IMG/VR virus record: IMGVR_UViG_3300014059_000004
Strand: one strand, 5' to 3'
From: a virus
DNA: 64,000 bases
Positions 55,165 to 64,000 of the stretch are shown here, one piece after another (the first letter of the stretch is position 1; the number at the start of each line of letters is the position of its first letter). The position numbers and the translations under genes were made by a program. The notes under the pieces are model-generated. The model saw only the letters and a program-made list of their open reading frames with translations. It made no database searches and had not been told where the DNA came from.

Positions 55165-58100
55165 GTGGCGGGCCCAGTAGATAAAGATCAGGTTGATATT
55201 GCGACAAAGCTAGCTGCTTTGATGGATCGCATGGCGGTGTCATCTGCAAAGATTGACGCGGCTTACGCTACGCAAGTAGAGTCCATGAAGCAGTTGGCTA
55301 CTACGATGGGCCAAGTTGATGTTAAGAACGTCATCGGCGAGATAGGAAAGATCAACAAAGATCTGAAGCAGATGGCTGAAAGCCTGTCTAAGGCTAAGAA
55401 CATCAATCAGCAAACGTTTGAAGAGATGGCGAAGAAGGCTGGTGATGCTGGAACTTCGGTGACATCGCTCAGCGGTCGAATCAAAGAATCGACGAAGCTC
55501 ATAGAAGGAATGAACAAGACACCGCTTGATAAGCTTCACGAGGCGTTGTCAGAACCTGGTGGCGCTGCTGGCATCCTGAACAAGCAGCTTGGCAAGCTTG
55601 GCATAACGGTGTCAAAGAAGTTTCCTGATGGCATGATGATTGCATCAGCGGCAGCGTCGGGCTTCGCGCAAGGCATTGAAAATGTCATCGCTGTCGGTAA
55701 AGCTTCTCTTGGAATGCTTGAAGGCTTGACATCTGCGCTGTTCAACATTGGCGGTGCGATCCTTGCAATCCCGTTCAAGATGTTCAAGGGATTGATCGAT
55801 ATCGCAAATAATGCCGGCGCTGGATCAACTGAGCTAGCGCAAGCTATCGAAAACCTCAGAAAAGAATTTGGAGCGTTGGGAACAGGATCACCAAAGGTGA
55901 TCATGGACATGTCTGTCCAGCTGAAGGGATTCTCAGACACTGGCCTGTCTGCGTACAGGATCTTTGGTAACCTCGCGCATCGTCTAGAAGAATTCTTGAA
56001 GTTGGCTCAGGAGATGGGACCAAACTTCCAGAACTTTGCTGATGAATTCAAGGAGAACGGTGGTGCTCTGCTCGCATGGCAGAAGGGTCTTGGTCTATCT
56101 GGTGAGATGATGAGGACCATGAGCGAGAGAGCAAAGTCTCTCGGAACCAACATGGCGAAGCAGCTGTACGAGGTTCAGAAGCAAGCTCAGGGTCTTGGCA
56201 AGGCGTTTCAGATCGATTCAAAGTTGATATCTCGAGACATGGCGAAAGCCTTCGCGGACGTGAAGCATTTTGCTGGTGCAACTGTCAAAGAGATCGCTAC
56301 GGCGTCTGTGTACGCTAGGAAGTTGGGTCTAGAGCTCGACAAGATCACCGGCACGCTAGATGCGTTTGATACTTTTGACTCAGCTGCTGAGAACGCAGCA
56401 AAGTTGTCGCAATCGTTCGGTTTGAACGTTGATGCTTTCAAGCTGATGGAAGCTCAAGATCCAGCAACGCAGATTGACATGCTGCGCAAGCAATTTGCTG
56501 CCGCCGGTCAGGATGCATCTTCTTTCAATCGTCAGCAGATGAAGCTTCTTGCTTCAACGACCGGTCTTGATGAAGCAACTGCACGTCAAGTTTTCTCTTT
56601 GAAGAACCAAGGTGCTTCTCTTGATGACATCAAGAAGAAGAGTGAGGGTGCTGAGAAGAAGCAGATGAGCCAGGCAGAGGCCATGAAGGCTCTTGCTGAC
56701 TCAATTGAGAGACTAGTTCAGGCAGGCGGTCAGGGTTCTGGTGGTTACTTTGAACGTTTCTTCAGAGGGTTCTTGGGAGGCATCCAGGCTTCGAAGGAGT
56801 TCAGAGACACTATTATGAATATCCGACGAGGTTTGCAACTTGTCGAGATGGCAGGTGTGAAAGCTGGTAAATTGTTCGCCCAGCTTACGCCGATCCAAGA
56901 ATTCTTGGGTGGTCTTGCTGAATTCTTCAAGCCAGGAAAATTTTCTAAGCTGTTTAATGCTTTTGGTGAAGAGATCGTTGCATTCTTTGAAGATGCAACG
57001 CACGGTGAACATTCATTTCCAAAATTGATGGAGAACATTCAGAAGCATTTCTTTGATTTCTTCAATGATCAGACACCTGCTGGACAGAAAACCATCAAGG
57101 GATTTCGAAAGATCTTTAAGATCATCATCAATGTGATTGCGGATGGCATAAGATGGGCTTCAACAAAAATTGCTGAAGTTTTGAAAAGCATCACAAAATT
57201 GATTCTTGATCCAAAATCTGCAAAAGACGCAGTCAAGGAAGCAGGTGGAGACGGTGCTGCTGCTGCGTTCGAGATGATTCAACCTCTGATTGATTCTCTT
57301 AGAGATTCGTGGAATATTCTAAAACCAGCAATTTTTGACTTGGTTAAGGTAGTTGGTGAAAAACTGTTTGAGTACTTCACGTCTGACGACTTTATCAATC
57401 TTGTGAAGCCGGCCTTGCCATACGTGTTTGGAATCTTGTTTGGTCCTGCCATAGTCAGATCATTGTTGGGAATTATGACTTCTAGCGTTGGTTCATTGAT
57501 AGCTAACGCAATTAAAGGAGCATTCTTGGGACCTGCAGCTGGTACTGCAGAAAGAGCTGGAACTCGAGGGTTTGGAGGTCTATTTAGGAAAATTTTTGGC
57601 GGACTTGGCAAATTCTTGGGACCTGCAGCAATCGCAGTTGCTATCGGTGATCTTGCTGTCAATGTTAACGATGCAATGAAGAAGTTTGAAGACAAGCTTG
57701 CACCAACGTTCGGTAGAACTGAAGCAAAGATGGGTGCAGCTGCGGCTGGTATTATTAATGCTTTTACGTTCGGATTGCTGCCAGACTCAATTCAAGAAAT
57801 TGTTGCTGAACAATTTGCGTCAATGTCAGAGATGATATTTGGTGCAATTCAAGATGTTTTTGGTGCTTCTTTCACTGGAAGGTTGAAGGCATATATTGGT
57901 TCTGCGCTTGATGTCTTTGGCAGCTTCGGTAACTTGATTTCTGAGATCTTCAAAGGAAAAGAGGGCGATATATCCGGCGCGCTTCAAGATCTTGGTGGCA
58001 AATTGTTGAGTTTCGTTGGTAATTGGTTCTTGTGGATGGTTGAGCAGATTCCAACATTGTATGTGATGGCTTTTCAATTCGGAACAAAGCTGCTTTCTAT

Positions 58101-59799
58101 GTTCTGGGGTGTTCTAGCTGATTTGTTTAAGAAAGGCGAAGATATTCCAATCGTAGGACCGGTTTTCTCGCTCATCTCAAAATACTTCCAGACACTAAGC
58201 GACATGATGGACAAGATATCTGATTTGCTTGGTGGCATATCAGATTACTTCAAGGCGAACGGTGTTGTCGGGACGATTGAGAAGGTTCTAGAGTTCTTTG
58301 CTCCTCTAGGACCGGTCTTGATGACTGTCGGCAAGGCGCTGATGTATGTTGTTGGATTCTTGACAGCACCGCTGTGGGTCCCAATATTGGGAATCATTAA
58401 GTTGTTGAACAAGGGAATTTCATTTTTTGGTCCGACAGTTAAGAAAATGTTGACAGCTGTTTGGACGCAGTTTAGCGCAACGTTTGATACTATAATGTGG
58501 CTCATTGAAGGAACATTCAATTTCATAGTAGGCGTTTGGGAAGCAATTTCACCTTGGTTCTCAAAGAATGTGTTCGAACCCCTCAGCAGAGTTTTTATAA
58601 AAATTGAAGAGAATATCACTGATTCTTTTAGTGCAACTTGGTCGCTCGTTAAAGAAGTGTGGAACATTGCTTCTAGCTGGTTCAACTCTTACGTCATCGA
58701 ACCAATCAAGTCAGTCTTTGGACCAGTCTCTGGTACGATCGGCGATATCTTCCGAAAGGCATGGGATCTGATCGTTGATGTGTTTAACATGACGCAGATC
58801 GGTCAACTGTTCGGCGCTGTCGTCGATGGCATCACGTTGGCTCTTAACAAGCTTCTTGACATCGGCGTCTTCAAGGATCTGATCGCAATCGCCAAGAAAG
58901 CGTTCAAGATCAGCTCACCATCGAAGGTATTTGAAGACATAGGTGACGATATCGTCGCCGGCTTTGACAAGGGAATCGACGGTCTTCCTACGTCAGTTTC
59001 AAACAAGATGTCTGAAGCCGCTGCGATCGCAGAGAAGAAATCCAAGACAGTTGCAGAGATCGTTGCCATGAACGTCAAGCAAGCAAAGGCTGCACAACCT
59101 GCGCAGCAAGCAACGAAAGTCGCTATACCAGACACTAGCAAGGTGTCTGCTGGCGTCGCTGATGCTAGCAAGCAAGTTCAAGATGCAACTGCAAAGGTTG
59201 AGCAGATAAAAGCTTCTATCAATTCATTGACGTCAACAGTTGAAGTGGATATCATTGGAAAGATGAATTCTGCCGTGCACACTCTTGCTGCCGCGCAGGG
59301 AAGATTCATGGAATCCGTTGGTTCTCAACTTGTTGACATTGGCTTGACAACGTCTGATGCTTCAGCTAAGATTGCTGCGTCATCAAGTGAGATCATGAAT
59401 GGTGGCATCAAGCAAGCGCTTCTTGCTATCAGCGGCTTGGTTGAGAAAGCTAATTCGTTGAACGATGCAATGGGCTCGCTTCCAGACCTAAAGCTGAACG
59501 CCAAGTTGAAGACGCTTGCGTCTGGGTTGGGAATCGGCGGAAAGTTCAACTACCAAGTGAAGAGCAAGGACGTCATCATCAATGTCAACCTGCAAGTTGA
59601 GATGAACGCTGCTGACCTTGAGAAGTCTCTTGTTCTCAGAGAGAAGTCTGTCATCCGCAATCGTTTGAACTTTGCAACCGGCCCAGGAACTGCTGGTAAA
59701 GAATCGACTGACGTCCTGCCAAACAGCCCATCTGGTGTCTACGCTTTCCCTGCTACGGCTAAATTAGTGAAGCCACGATGGCACGAGAATATTCTTTGA
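55165..59799 (+). CDS. tail tape measure protein (1544 aa)
   Basis: GTG start with GAGGT RBS. Very long alpha-helical/Gly-Ala-rich protein with internal hydrophobic segments. Position in the tail module, before the distal tail/baseplate proteins. Confidence 0.7.
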   Translation: MAGPVDKDQVDIATKLAALMDRMAVSSAKIDAAYATQVESMKQLATTMGQVDVKNVIGEIGKINKDLKQMAESLSKAKNINQQTFEEMAKKAGDAGTSVTSLSGRIKESTKLIEGMNKTPLDKLHEALSEPGGAAGILNKQLGKLGITVSKKFPDGMMIASAAASGFAQGIENVIAVGKASLGMLEGLTSALFNIGGAILAIPFKMFKGLIDIANNAGAGSTELAQAIENLRKEFGALGTGSPKVIMDMSVQLKGFSDTGLSAYRIFGNLAHRLEEFLKLAQEMGPNFQNFADEFKENGGALLAWQKGLGLSGEMMRTMSERAKSLGTNMAKQLYEVQKQAQGLGKAFQIDSKLISRDMAKAFADVKHFAGATVKEIATASVYARKLGLELDKITGTLDAFDTFDSAAENAAKLSQSFGLNVDAFKLMEAQDPATQIDMLRKQFAAAGQDASSFNRQQMKLLASTTGLDEATARQVFSLKNQGASLDDIKKKSEGAEKKQMSQAEAMKALADSIERLVQAGGQGSGGYFERFFRGFLGGIQASKEFRDTIMNIRRGLQLVEMAGVKAGKLFAQLTPIQEFLGGLAEFFKPGKFSKLFNAFGEEIVAFFEDATHGEHSFPKLMENIQKHFFDFFNDQTPAGQKTIKGFRKIFKIIINVIADGIRWASTKIAEVLKSITKLILDPKSAKDAVKEAGGDGAAAAFEMIQPLIDSLRDSWNILKPAIFDLVKVVGEKLFEYFTSDDFINLVKPALPYVFGILFGPAIVRSLLGIMTSSVGSLIANAIKGAFLGPAAGTAERAGTRGFGGLFRKIFGGLGKFLGPAAIAVAIGDLAVNVNDAMKKFEDKLAPTFGRTEAKMGAAAAGIINAFTFGLLPDSIQEIVAEQFASMSEMIFGAIQDVFGASFTGRLKAYIGSALDVFGSFGNLISEIFKGKEGDISGALQDLGGKLLSFVGNWFLWMVEQIPTLYVMAFQFGTKLLSMFWGVLADLFKKGEDIPIVGPVFSLISKYFQTLSDMMDKISDLLGGISDYFKANGVVGTIEKVLEFFAPLGPVLMTVGKALMYVVGFLTAPLWVPILGIIKLLNKGISFFGPTVKKMLTAVWTQFSATFDTIMWLIEGTFNFIVGVWEAISPWFSKNVFEPLSRVFIKIEENITDSFSATWSLVKEVWNIASSWFNSYVIEPIKSVFGPVSGTIGDIFRKAWDLIVDVFNMTQIGQLFGAVVDGITLALNKLLDIGVFKDLIAIAKKAFKISSPSKVFEDIGDDIVAGFDKGIDGLPTSVSNKMSEAAAIAEKKSKTVAEIVAMNVKQAKAAQPAQQATKVAIPDTSKVSAGVADASKQVQDATAKVEQIKASINSLTSTVEVDIIGKMNSAVHTLAAAQGRFMESVGSQLVDIGLTTSDASAKIAASSSEIMNGGIKQALLAISGLVEKANSLNDAMGSLPDLKLNAKLKTLASGLGIGGKFNYQVKSKDVIINVNLQVEMNAADLEKSLVLREKSVIRNRLNFATGPGTAGKESTDVLPNSPSGVYAFPATAKLVKPRWHENIL

Positions 59800-59805
59800 A
59801 AAAAG

Positions 59806-60084
59806 ATGGTAGAAAAATCCACCATGCGCACAAAAAAAGAAATTAGAGACGAGCTGGTGAACGATCCTATCTGGCAGTCTGCGCTGAACAGCGTTGATGA
59901 AGAAGAGAAGAAAAAGATCGTCGGTGCAGTTGAACCGTTGCTGATAGATCTGATCTCGTCGATGGATGAATTCATGGATGCTTTGAAGGCAGATCCTGAA
60001 GCAATCGCTGAACTGTCTAGGGGTCTAACTGGTGAGAAGCAAGTAGTTAACTCAGAGCCAGTTGCATCGGGCTCTACGGGATAA
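59806..60084 (+). CDS. hypothetical small acidic protein
   Basis: ORF with no recognisable motif. Confidence 0.35.
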   Translation: MVEKSTMRTKKEIRDELVNDPIWQSALNSVDEEEKKKIVGAVEPLLIDLISSMDEFMDALKADPEAIAELSRGLTGEKQVVNSEPVASGSTG

Positions 60085-63000
60085 GATGGGAACTAAAACA
60101 GGTACACCAGGGTTTGACATCGACGGAAAGTCGTATACGTACGACGTTGGTGATCCTAACGCACCACCAGATCCAAACTACCCGTTGCAGACTGACAACG
60201 GTGATATGACCGTTGAGCAGAATGATCCTCCAAGAAAAGACCTTAGCAAGGTAACAAAGAAGACCCTAGCTGATTACCTTGGTAAGAAGACAGCTGTTAA
60301 CTACTACCCAGTCGATGCAACTGCAAATCCTGGCAGCATCACTGTTGAAGGTGGAACGCCTGTCATTCCTGCAGACGAGCAGACAACCGGTAATGCGAAG
60401 CACTTTCCGCTTCCGAAAGTTGAGTCTGGCAAAGCAACTTACCGCGGCACGACAGATATCACACCAGACCTAAAGGGTTGGATGAACAGTCCAGCTCACG
60501 GTGATGTCAGACCTTACTCACCACCAGATGCTAGCACTGCTAAGCTTCGCAAAGGTAAAGAAGCAACGAAAGGTGGCACTGTCACTGGTAACGAACTTCT
60601 TCCGCAAGTGAAGAAGGGTGACCTCGGAACGTTGAAGAATTACACTTCAGCCGTGCTGAAGAACAATCGATTCACTGACGCTAACACGTATGCACCAGTC
60701 GATCTGACAAACCCGCCAGAAGATTACAACCCTACGTTTCACTCTCCAAAGTACGGCGAGATATCAGCTGGAAGGTTGGCACAGGTCGGTGTTTCTCTGT
60801 CTATCAGAGCATCAAGAGAGCTGAATTCAGCTGCTGGTGGCTCGAACCCGAGCTCTGGCGGTCAAGAAGCGAAAGCAATTCTTCCAAGCTTCAACCAGAT
60901 GGGTGCATCAAAAGTTGATGTTGTCTTGCTTCAAGCACGTGATGTTCTTGATGGGTTGACTAACTCTGAGATCCCGGGTGGAAATTACATCTCTATCGGT
61001 GGTGACTCGTGGGGATCGTTGAACAACGCTCTTGACACGTACTCTGGTCTTACATCTTTGGGAATGATTGCGTTGTCAACGGCTCTCACTGCTGGTGTCA
61101 CGCTTCTGTTCAAAGGCCTTGGTTTCATCCTCTCGCTTGTGAAAGGTTCACCAGAACCGAGGAAGAACCCTGACGGTCGATACATTCTAGGACGCTCAAT
61201 TGTAACGAAGCAAGCTGATCCAAACGCATTCCCACCTGGTCTACCTCCAGATATCGGTGCCATGCTTGGGTTGCGCTCAACTATCAAGCCGTTTAGCTCT
61301 GCATTGAATGCTGGCATCTACGCATTCTTTGGAATTTCAGATGAAGGTGGAATCCTTGGTGTTGTTACGTCTGGATTGAAGAGCGCTGCATCTGCGCCAG
61401 GGTACAACTCAGTCGTTGCTCGTGCTATCATCAGATCGATCACGGTAATCATTGACTCAATCAAGAAAGTTTTCAAGAGCTCAAACTTGATCTCTGGCGT
61501 GAAGAACCTGCTGTCAATGATCGAGACGCTGAGGGCTTCGAAGCTGATCTCTGCACTCAACATATTCGCAACGTTGGGTGATGCAGTTTTGACGGAAAAT
61601 CCAGACGACGTCGTCGACGGTCGCAAAGAAGAGCCGATCAGAAAGTCAAGGGTTGACAAGATCGGTGATAACGTCCCAGGTGCAGCAGCTCTAAAGTCAA
61701 GGTTGGGAAATGGCACGAAGCTCAAGCTTGCGTGGGCATCTAACAGAGCACCGTCTCTTTACTTGCTACCAAACGCAATTGCCGGATTGCAACCAGTCGC
61801 TCAATCACTGGGCGCGTTCCAAAGCGGTCTTGGATTGCAAGAAGCTGACACAAGATCATTTTACAGGCTTCTTAGCGATGATGATGCAAAGACAAACGGC
61901 AATCGAATTCCGATCGGTGATTCTGGTGATGCACCAGATGCTGTCACTCTTAAGAAGATTGAAGCTGTTCTTGATGGCTCTGAGTACATTCCATTCTACT
62001 TTCACGATGTTCGAACGAACGAAGTCATTGCTTTCCATGCATTTCTAGCTTCGCTTACTGATGATTTCACAGCAAATTACGATAGCTCTGAGGGTTTTGG
62101 CAGAGTTGAGCCTGTGAAGATCTACAAAGGAACGAACAGAAAGATTGGCTTGAGCTTCTACATTGTTTCAACGTCACCATCTGATTTCAACGACATGTGG
62201 GTCAAGATTAACAAGTTGGTCACGCTCGTCTATCCACAGTACACTGAAGGCAGAAGGTTGACTGATGAAAAAGCAAAGTACAGCTTCATACAACCGTTCA
62301 GCCAGATGATGGGTGCTTCACCCTTGATTCGAATCAAGCTTGGTGATCTATTTGCATCAAACTACAGCAGATTTGCGCTAGCAAGATTGTTCGGTGCAAC
62401 TTTGAAGGGTGCACAGTTTGGTAATAAAGAGCTAAAGCTCGATGGCAGTAAGATTCTTGATCTAAAAAGCAAAGTAGAAGAAGCAATAAAAACCGCAGAC
62501 AAGGGTAATACTTGGATCGTTACTGGAAATACATCTGATCAAAAGCAAGAATCAGCTGGTCTTTCAGTTGGCGTCGGGGGATCTGGCGGTAATAGTTTTG
62601 CACCTGAATGGAAAATTGACAATAACGCTGCGTACATACCTGTGAAAATTGATAAAGTTGAAGATGCTGGAATCACCACGGTTGTTTGGGTAAAACCAGA
62701 CGTACCAGACGCAGCATTTTTGAGCGACCAAGGAGTGATCGATCCGTCTGTGCAAAGCCAGATAATAAATCAGATCAGGTCAAAGCATGATAACAGTGAT
62801 GATCCAAAAAATAGAATCATTGGATCTTCTTACGGATTTGTAATCGATCAACTTAAACCATCTAAAGCAACTTCAAAAAAGATCTTTAACGATGCGTTTG
62901 CGGATGAGAATGAAGCAGTGAAAGATTTGACAGCGTTCCTTGACATCGAGAAGAATGCAATCGTCAAATCATTCAGGTCCGCTGGCGGCAAGGGTCTTGC

Positions 63001-63217
63001 AGGATTCATTGAATCAATGAATTTTGATTGGTACGATAAGACAATGTGGGGAACTGATCCTGGTTCTCGCGCTCCTTTGATGTGCAAGGTCACGATTGCT
63101 TTTAGCCCAATCCACGATATCACACCAGGTCTGGATTCTCAGGGCTTTAACAGAGCGCCCGTTTACCCGATCGGATTCCATGCACATGGCAATGATCTTG
63201 ATAAGAAGCAAGGATGA
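60062..63217 (+). CDS. large tail/baseplate-hub-like structural protein (1051 aa)
   Basis: Large ORF following the tape measure, with a hydrophobic central segment. No enzymatic motif recognised. Confidence 0.4.
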   Translation: MHRALRDKMGTKTGTPGFDIDGKSYTYDVGDPNAPPDPNYPLQTDNGDMTVEQNDPPRKDLSKVTKKTLADYLGKKTAVNYYPVDATANPGSITVEGGTPVIPADEQTTGNAKHFPLPKVESGKATYRGTTDITPDLKGWMNSPAHGDVRPYSPPDASTAKLRKGKEATKGGTVTGNELLPQVKKGDLGTLKNYTSAVLKNNRFTDANTYAPVDLTNPPEDYNPTFHSPKYGEISAGRLAQVGVSLSIRASRELNSAAGGSNPSSGGQEAKAILPSFNQMGASKVDVVLLQARDVLDGLTNSEIPGGNYISIGGDSWGSLNNALDTYSGLTSLGMIALSTALTAGVTLLFKGLGFILSLVKGSPEPRKNPDGRYILGRSIVTKQADPNAFPPGLPPDIGAMLGLRSTIKPFSSALNAGIYAFFGISDEGGILGVVTSGLKSAASAPGYNSVVARAIIRSITVIIDSIKKVFKSSNLISGVKNLLSMIETLRASKLISALNIFATLGDAVLTENPDDVVDGRKEEPIRKSRVDKIGDNVPGAAALKSRLGNGTKLKLAWASNRAPSLYLLPNAIAGLQPVAQSLGAFQSGLGLQEADTRSFYRLLSDDDAKTNGNRIPIGDSGDAPDAVTLKKIEAVLDGSEYIPFYFHDVRTNEVIAFHAFLASLTDDFTANYDSSEGFGRVEPVKIYKGTNRKIGLSFYIVSTSPSDFNDMWVKINKLVTLVYPQYTEGRRLTDEKAKYSFIQPFSQMMGASPLIRIKLGDLFASNYSRFALARLFGATLKGAQFGNKELKLDGSKILDLKSKVEEAIKTADKGNTWIVTGNTSDQKQESAGLSVGVGGSGGNSFAPEWKIDNNAAYIPVKIDKVEDAGITTVVWVKPDVPDAAFLSDQGVIDPSVQSQIINQIRSKHDNSDDPKNRIIGSSYGFVIDQLKPSKATSKKIFNDAFADENEAVKDLTAFLDIEKNAIVKSFRSAGGKGLAGFIESMNFDWYDKTMWGTDPGSRAPLMCKVTIAFSPIHDITPGLDSQGFNRAPVYPIGFHAHGNDLDKKQG

Positions 63218-63223
63218 TGTTCT

Positions 63224-63517
63224 ATGGCTTTTAGCAGGTATTCTAGATCAGCAGTGATAGATTACGGTCGTCAATATGGCACTTCGTTTGCCATCAACAC
63301 GATAAGAGATGGTATTAAGTCAGGTGCCATCAACACGAAACAACTTCTTGTGAGAGGCAAAGAAAGGCTAGATACTCTGGCCGGCAGCATCTACGGTGAT
63401 GGCAGGTACTGGTGGGTTCTAGCAGCTGCTTCTAACATCGGTTGGGGCATGCAAATTCCACCCGGAACTGTCATCAACATACCTGATCTTGCAGATATTT
63501 CGGCTCTCGTTGGATGA
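63224..63517 (+). CDS. LysM-like small tail protein
   Basis: DTLAGSIYGDGRYWWVLAAASNI...QIPPGTVINIP fits the LysM pattern (dtL..ia.y.....l...N.l....l..G..L.IP). Confidence 0.45.
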   Translation: MAFSRYSRSAVIDYGRQYGTSFAINTIRDGIKSGAINTKQLLVRGKERLDTLAGSIYGDGRYWWVLAAASNIGWGMQIPPGTVINIPDLADISALVG

Positions 63518-63533
63518 TAAAACATGGCTGACT

Positions 63534-64000
63534 TTACGAAGCTAGAGAACATATTTCGCATGGTTCAACCAGCAGACTTGTTGGTGACGCAGAGGATAGG
63601 AATAGGTGACGCATCAGCTCAAAATTCTCTCACTAGAGTATTGCAACGACTGTTGCTAGAATCTGGAAACGGCGGTTCGTTTTCTGCGTCTCAGATGCTA
63701 GAAAAACTAAAGTCGTACAGAAGCGGAAAAGGAGATTCTGGTGGTGAGCTGAAGGGTGATAAGAAAGATTTCGATCTGCTGCTGAACTTTTACTCTACTG
63801 CTGGCAACATACCCGAAGTGAAGTACCCGTACATGTACAGGGACAACAAGGGCAAAACTGCCACTGCACCCGTAACGTTTGATCAGCTTGCTAACATTGA
63901 TGAAAAGATAAGAGGAAACCGCGATATGAGCGTAATCCTCTCAAACACGCCCTTTGTGTCACCAGCTGTAAAGGATGCGCAAAAAGCCGAGCTGTTCTTG
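63534..64000 (+). CDS. hypothetical baseplate-region protein, 3'-truncated by the window end
   Basis: ATG at 63534. Open frame to position 64000 with no stop (155 codons). Confidence 0.4.

Noticed and set aside
1-64000. Checked for CRISPR arrays, tRNA genes and T4-type late promoters (TATAAATA) in intergenic gaps
   Set aside because: The only large non-coding gap is the tmRNA. Other gaps are under 110 nt, and none contains a cloverleaf-compatible sequence, regularly spaced direct repeats or an exact TATAAATA that I could find by eye. Absence of the late-promoter motif is not certain without a computational scan.

Overview
This window looks like a late/structural plus DNA-metabolism segment of a T4-like (Tevenvirinae-type) myovirus. 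Nearly all genes lie on the + strand and are tightly packed or overlapping; the ATGA and TAATG stop-start overlaps are seen directly. Several proteins were compared by eye against T4 sequences recalled from memory; these matches are inference and were not computed.

Order along the window:
- a RuvC-like resolvase, a gp61-like primase, and an Mre11/Rad50 pair resembling T4 gp47/gp46
- the large terminase subunit
- a gp20-like portal interrupted by two HNH-containing inteins
- a head-morphogenesis module (gp21-like prohead protease, acidic scaffold, gp23-like major capsid protein) with a bona fide peptide deformylase gene embedded in it
- a GC-rich accessory island of small ORFs carrying a phage-encoded tmRNA (ssrA) with tag peptide ANDNGTAPLALAA
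- a peptidoglycan hydrolase and tail-fibre proteins
- baseplate and tail genes including two paralogous ~1000-aa tail sheath genes, a gp19-like tail tube, a Nudix hydrolase, a 1544-aa tape measure protein and downstream tail/baseplate proteins

The region carries at least 8 free-standing homing-endonuclease genes (GIY-YIG, and a C2H2/NUMOD/PD-(D/E)XK family) plus the 2 inteins.

Five proteins share a conserved N-terminal leader, [I/L]T..QL[K/R]K[I/L]I.EE[L/V]. It looks like a capsid-targeting / prohead-protease-cleaved signal.

No CRISPR array, tRNA or rRNA was seen.
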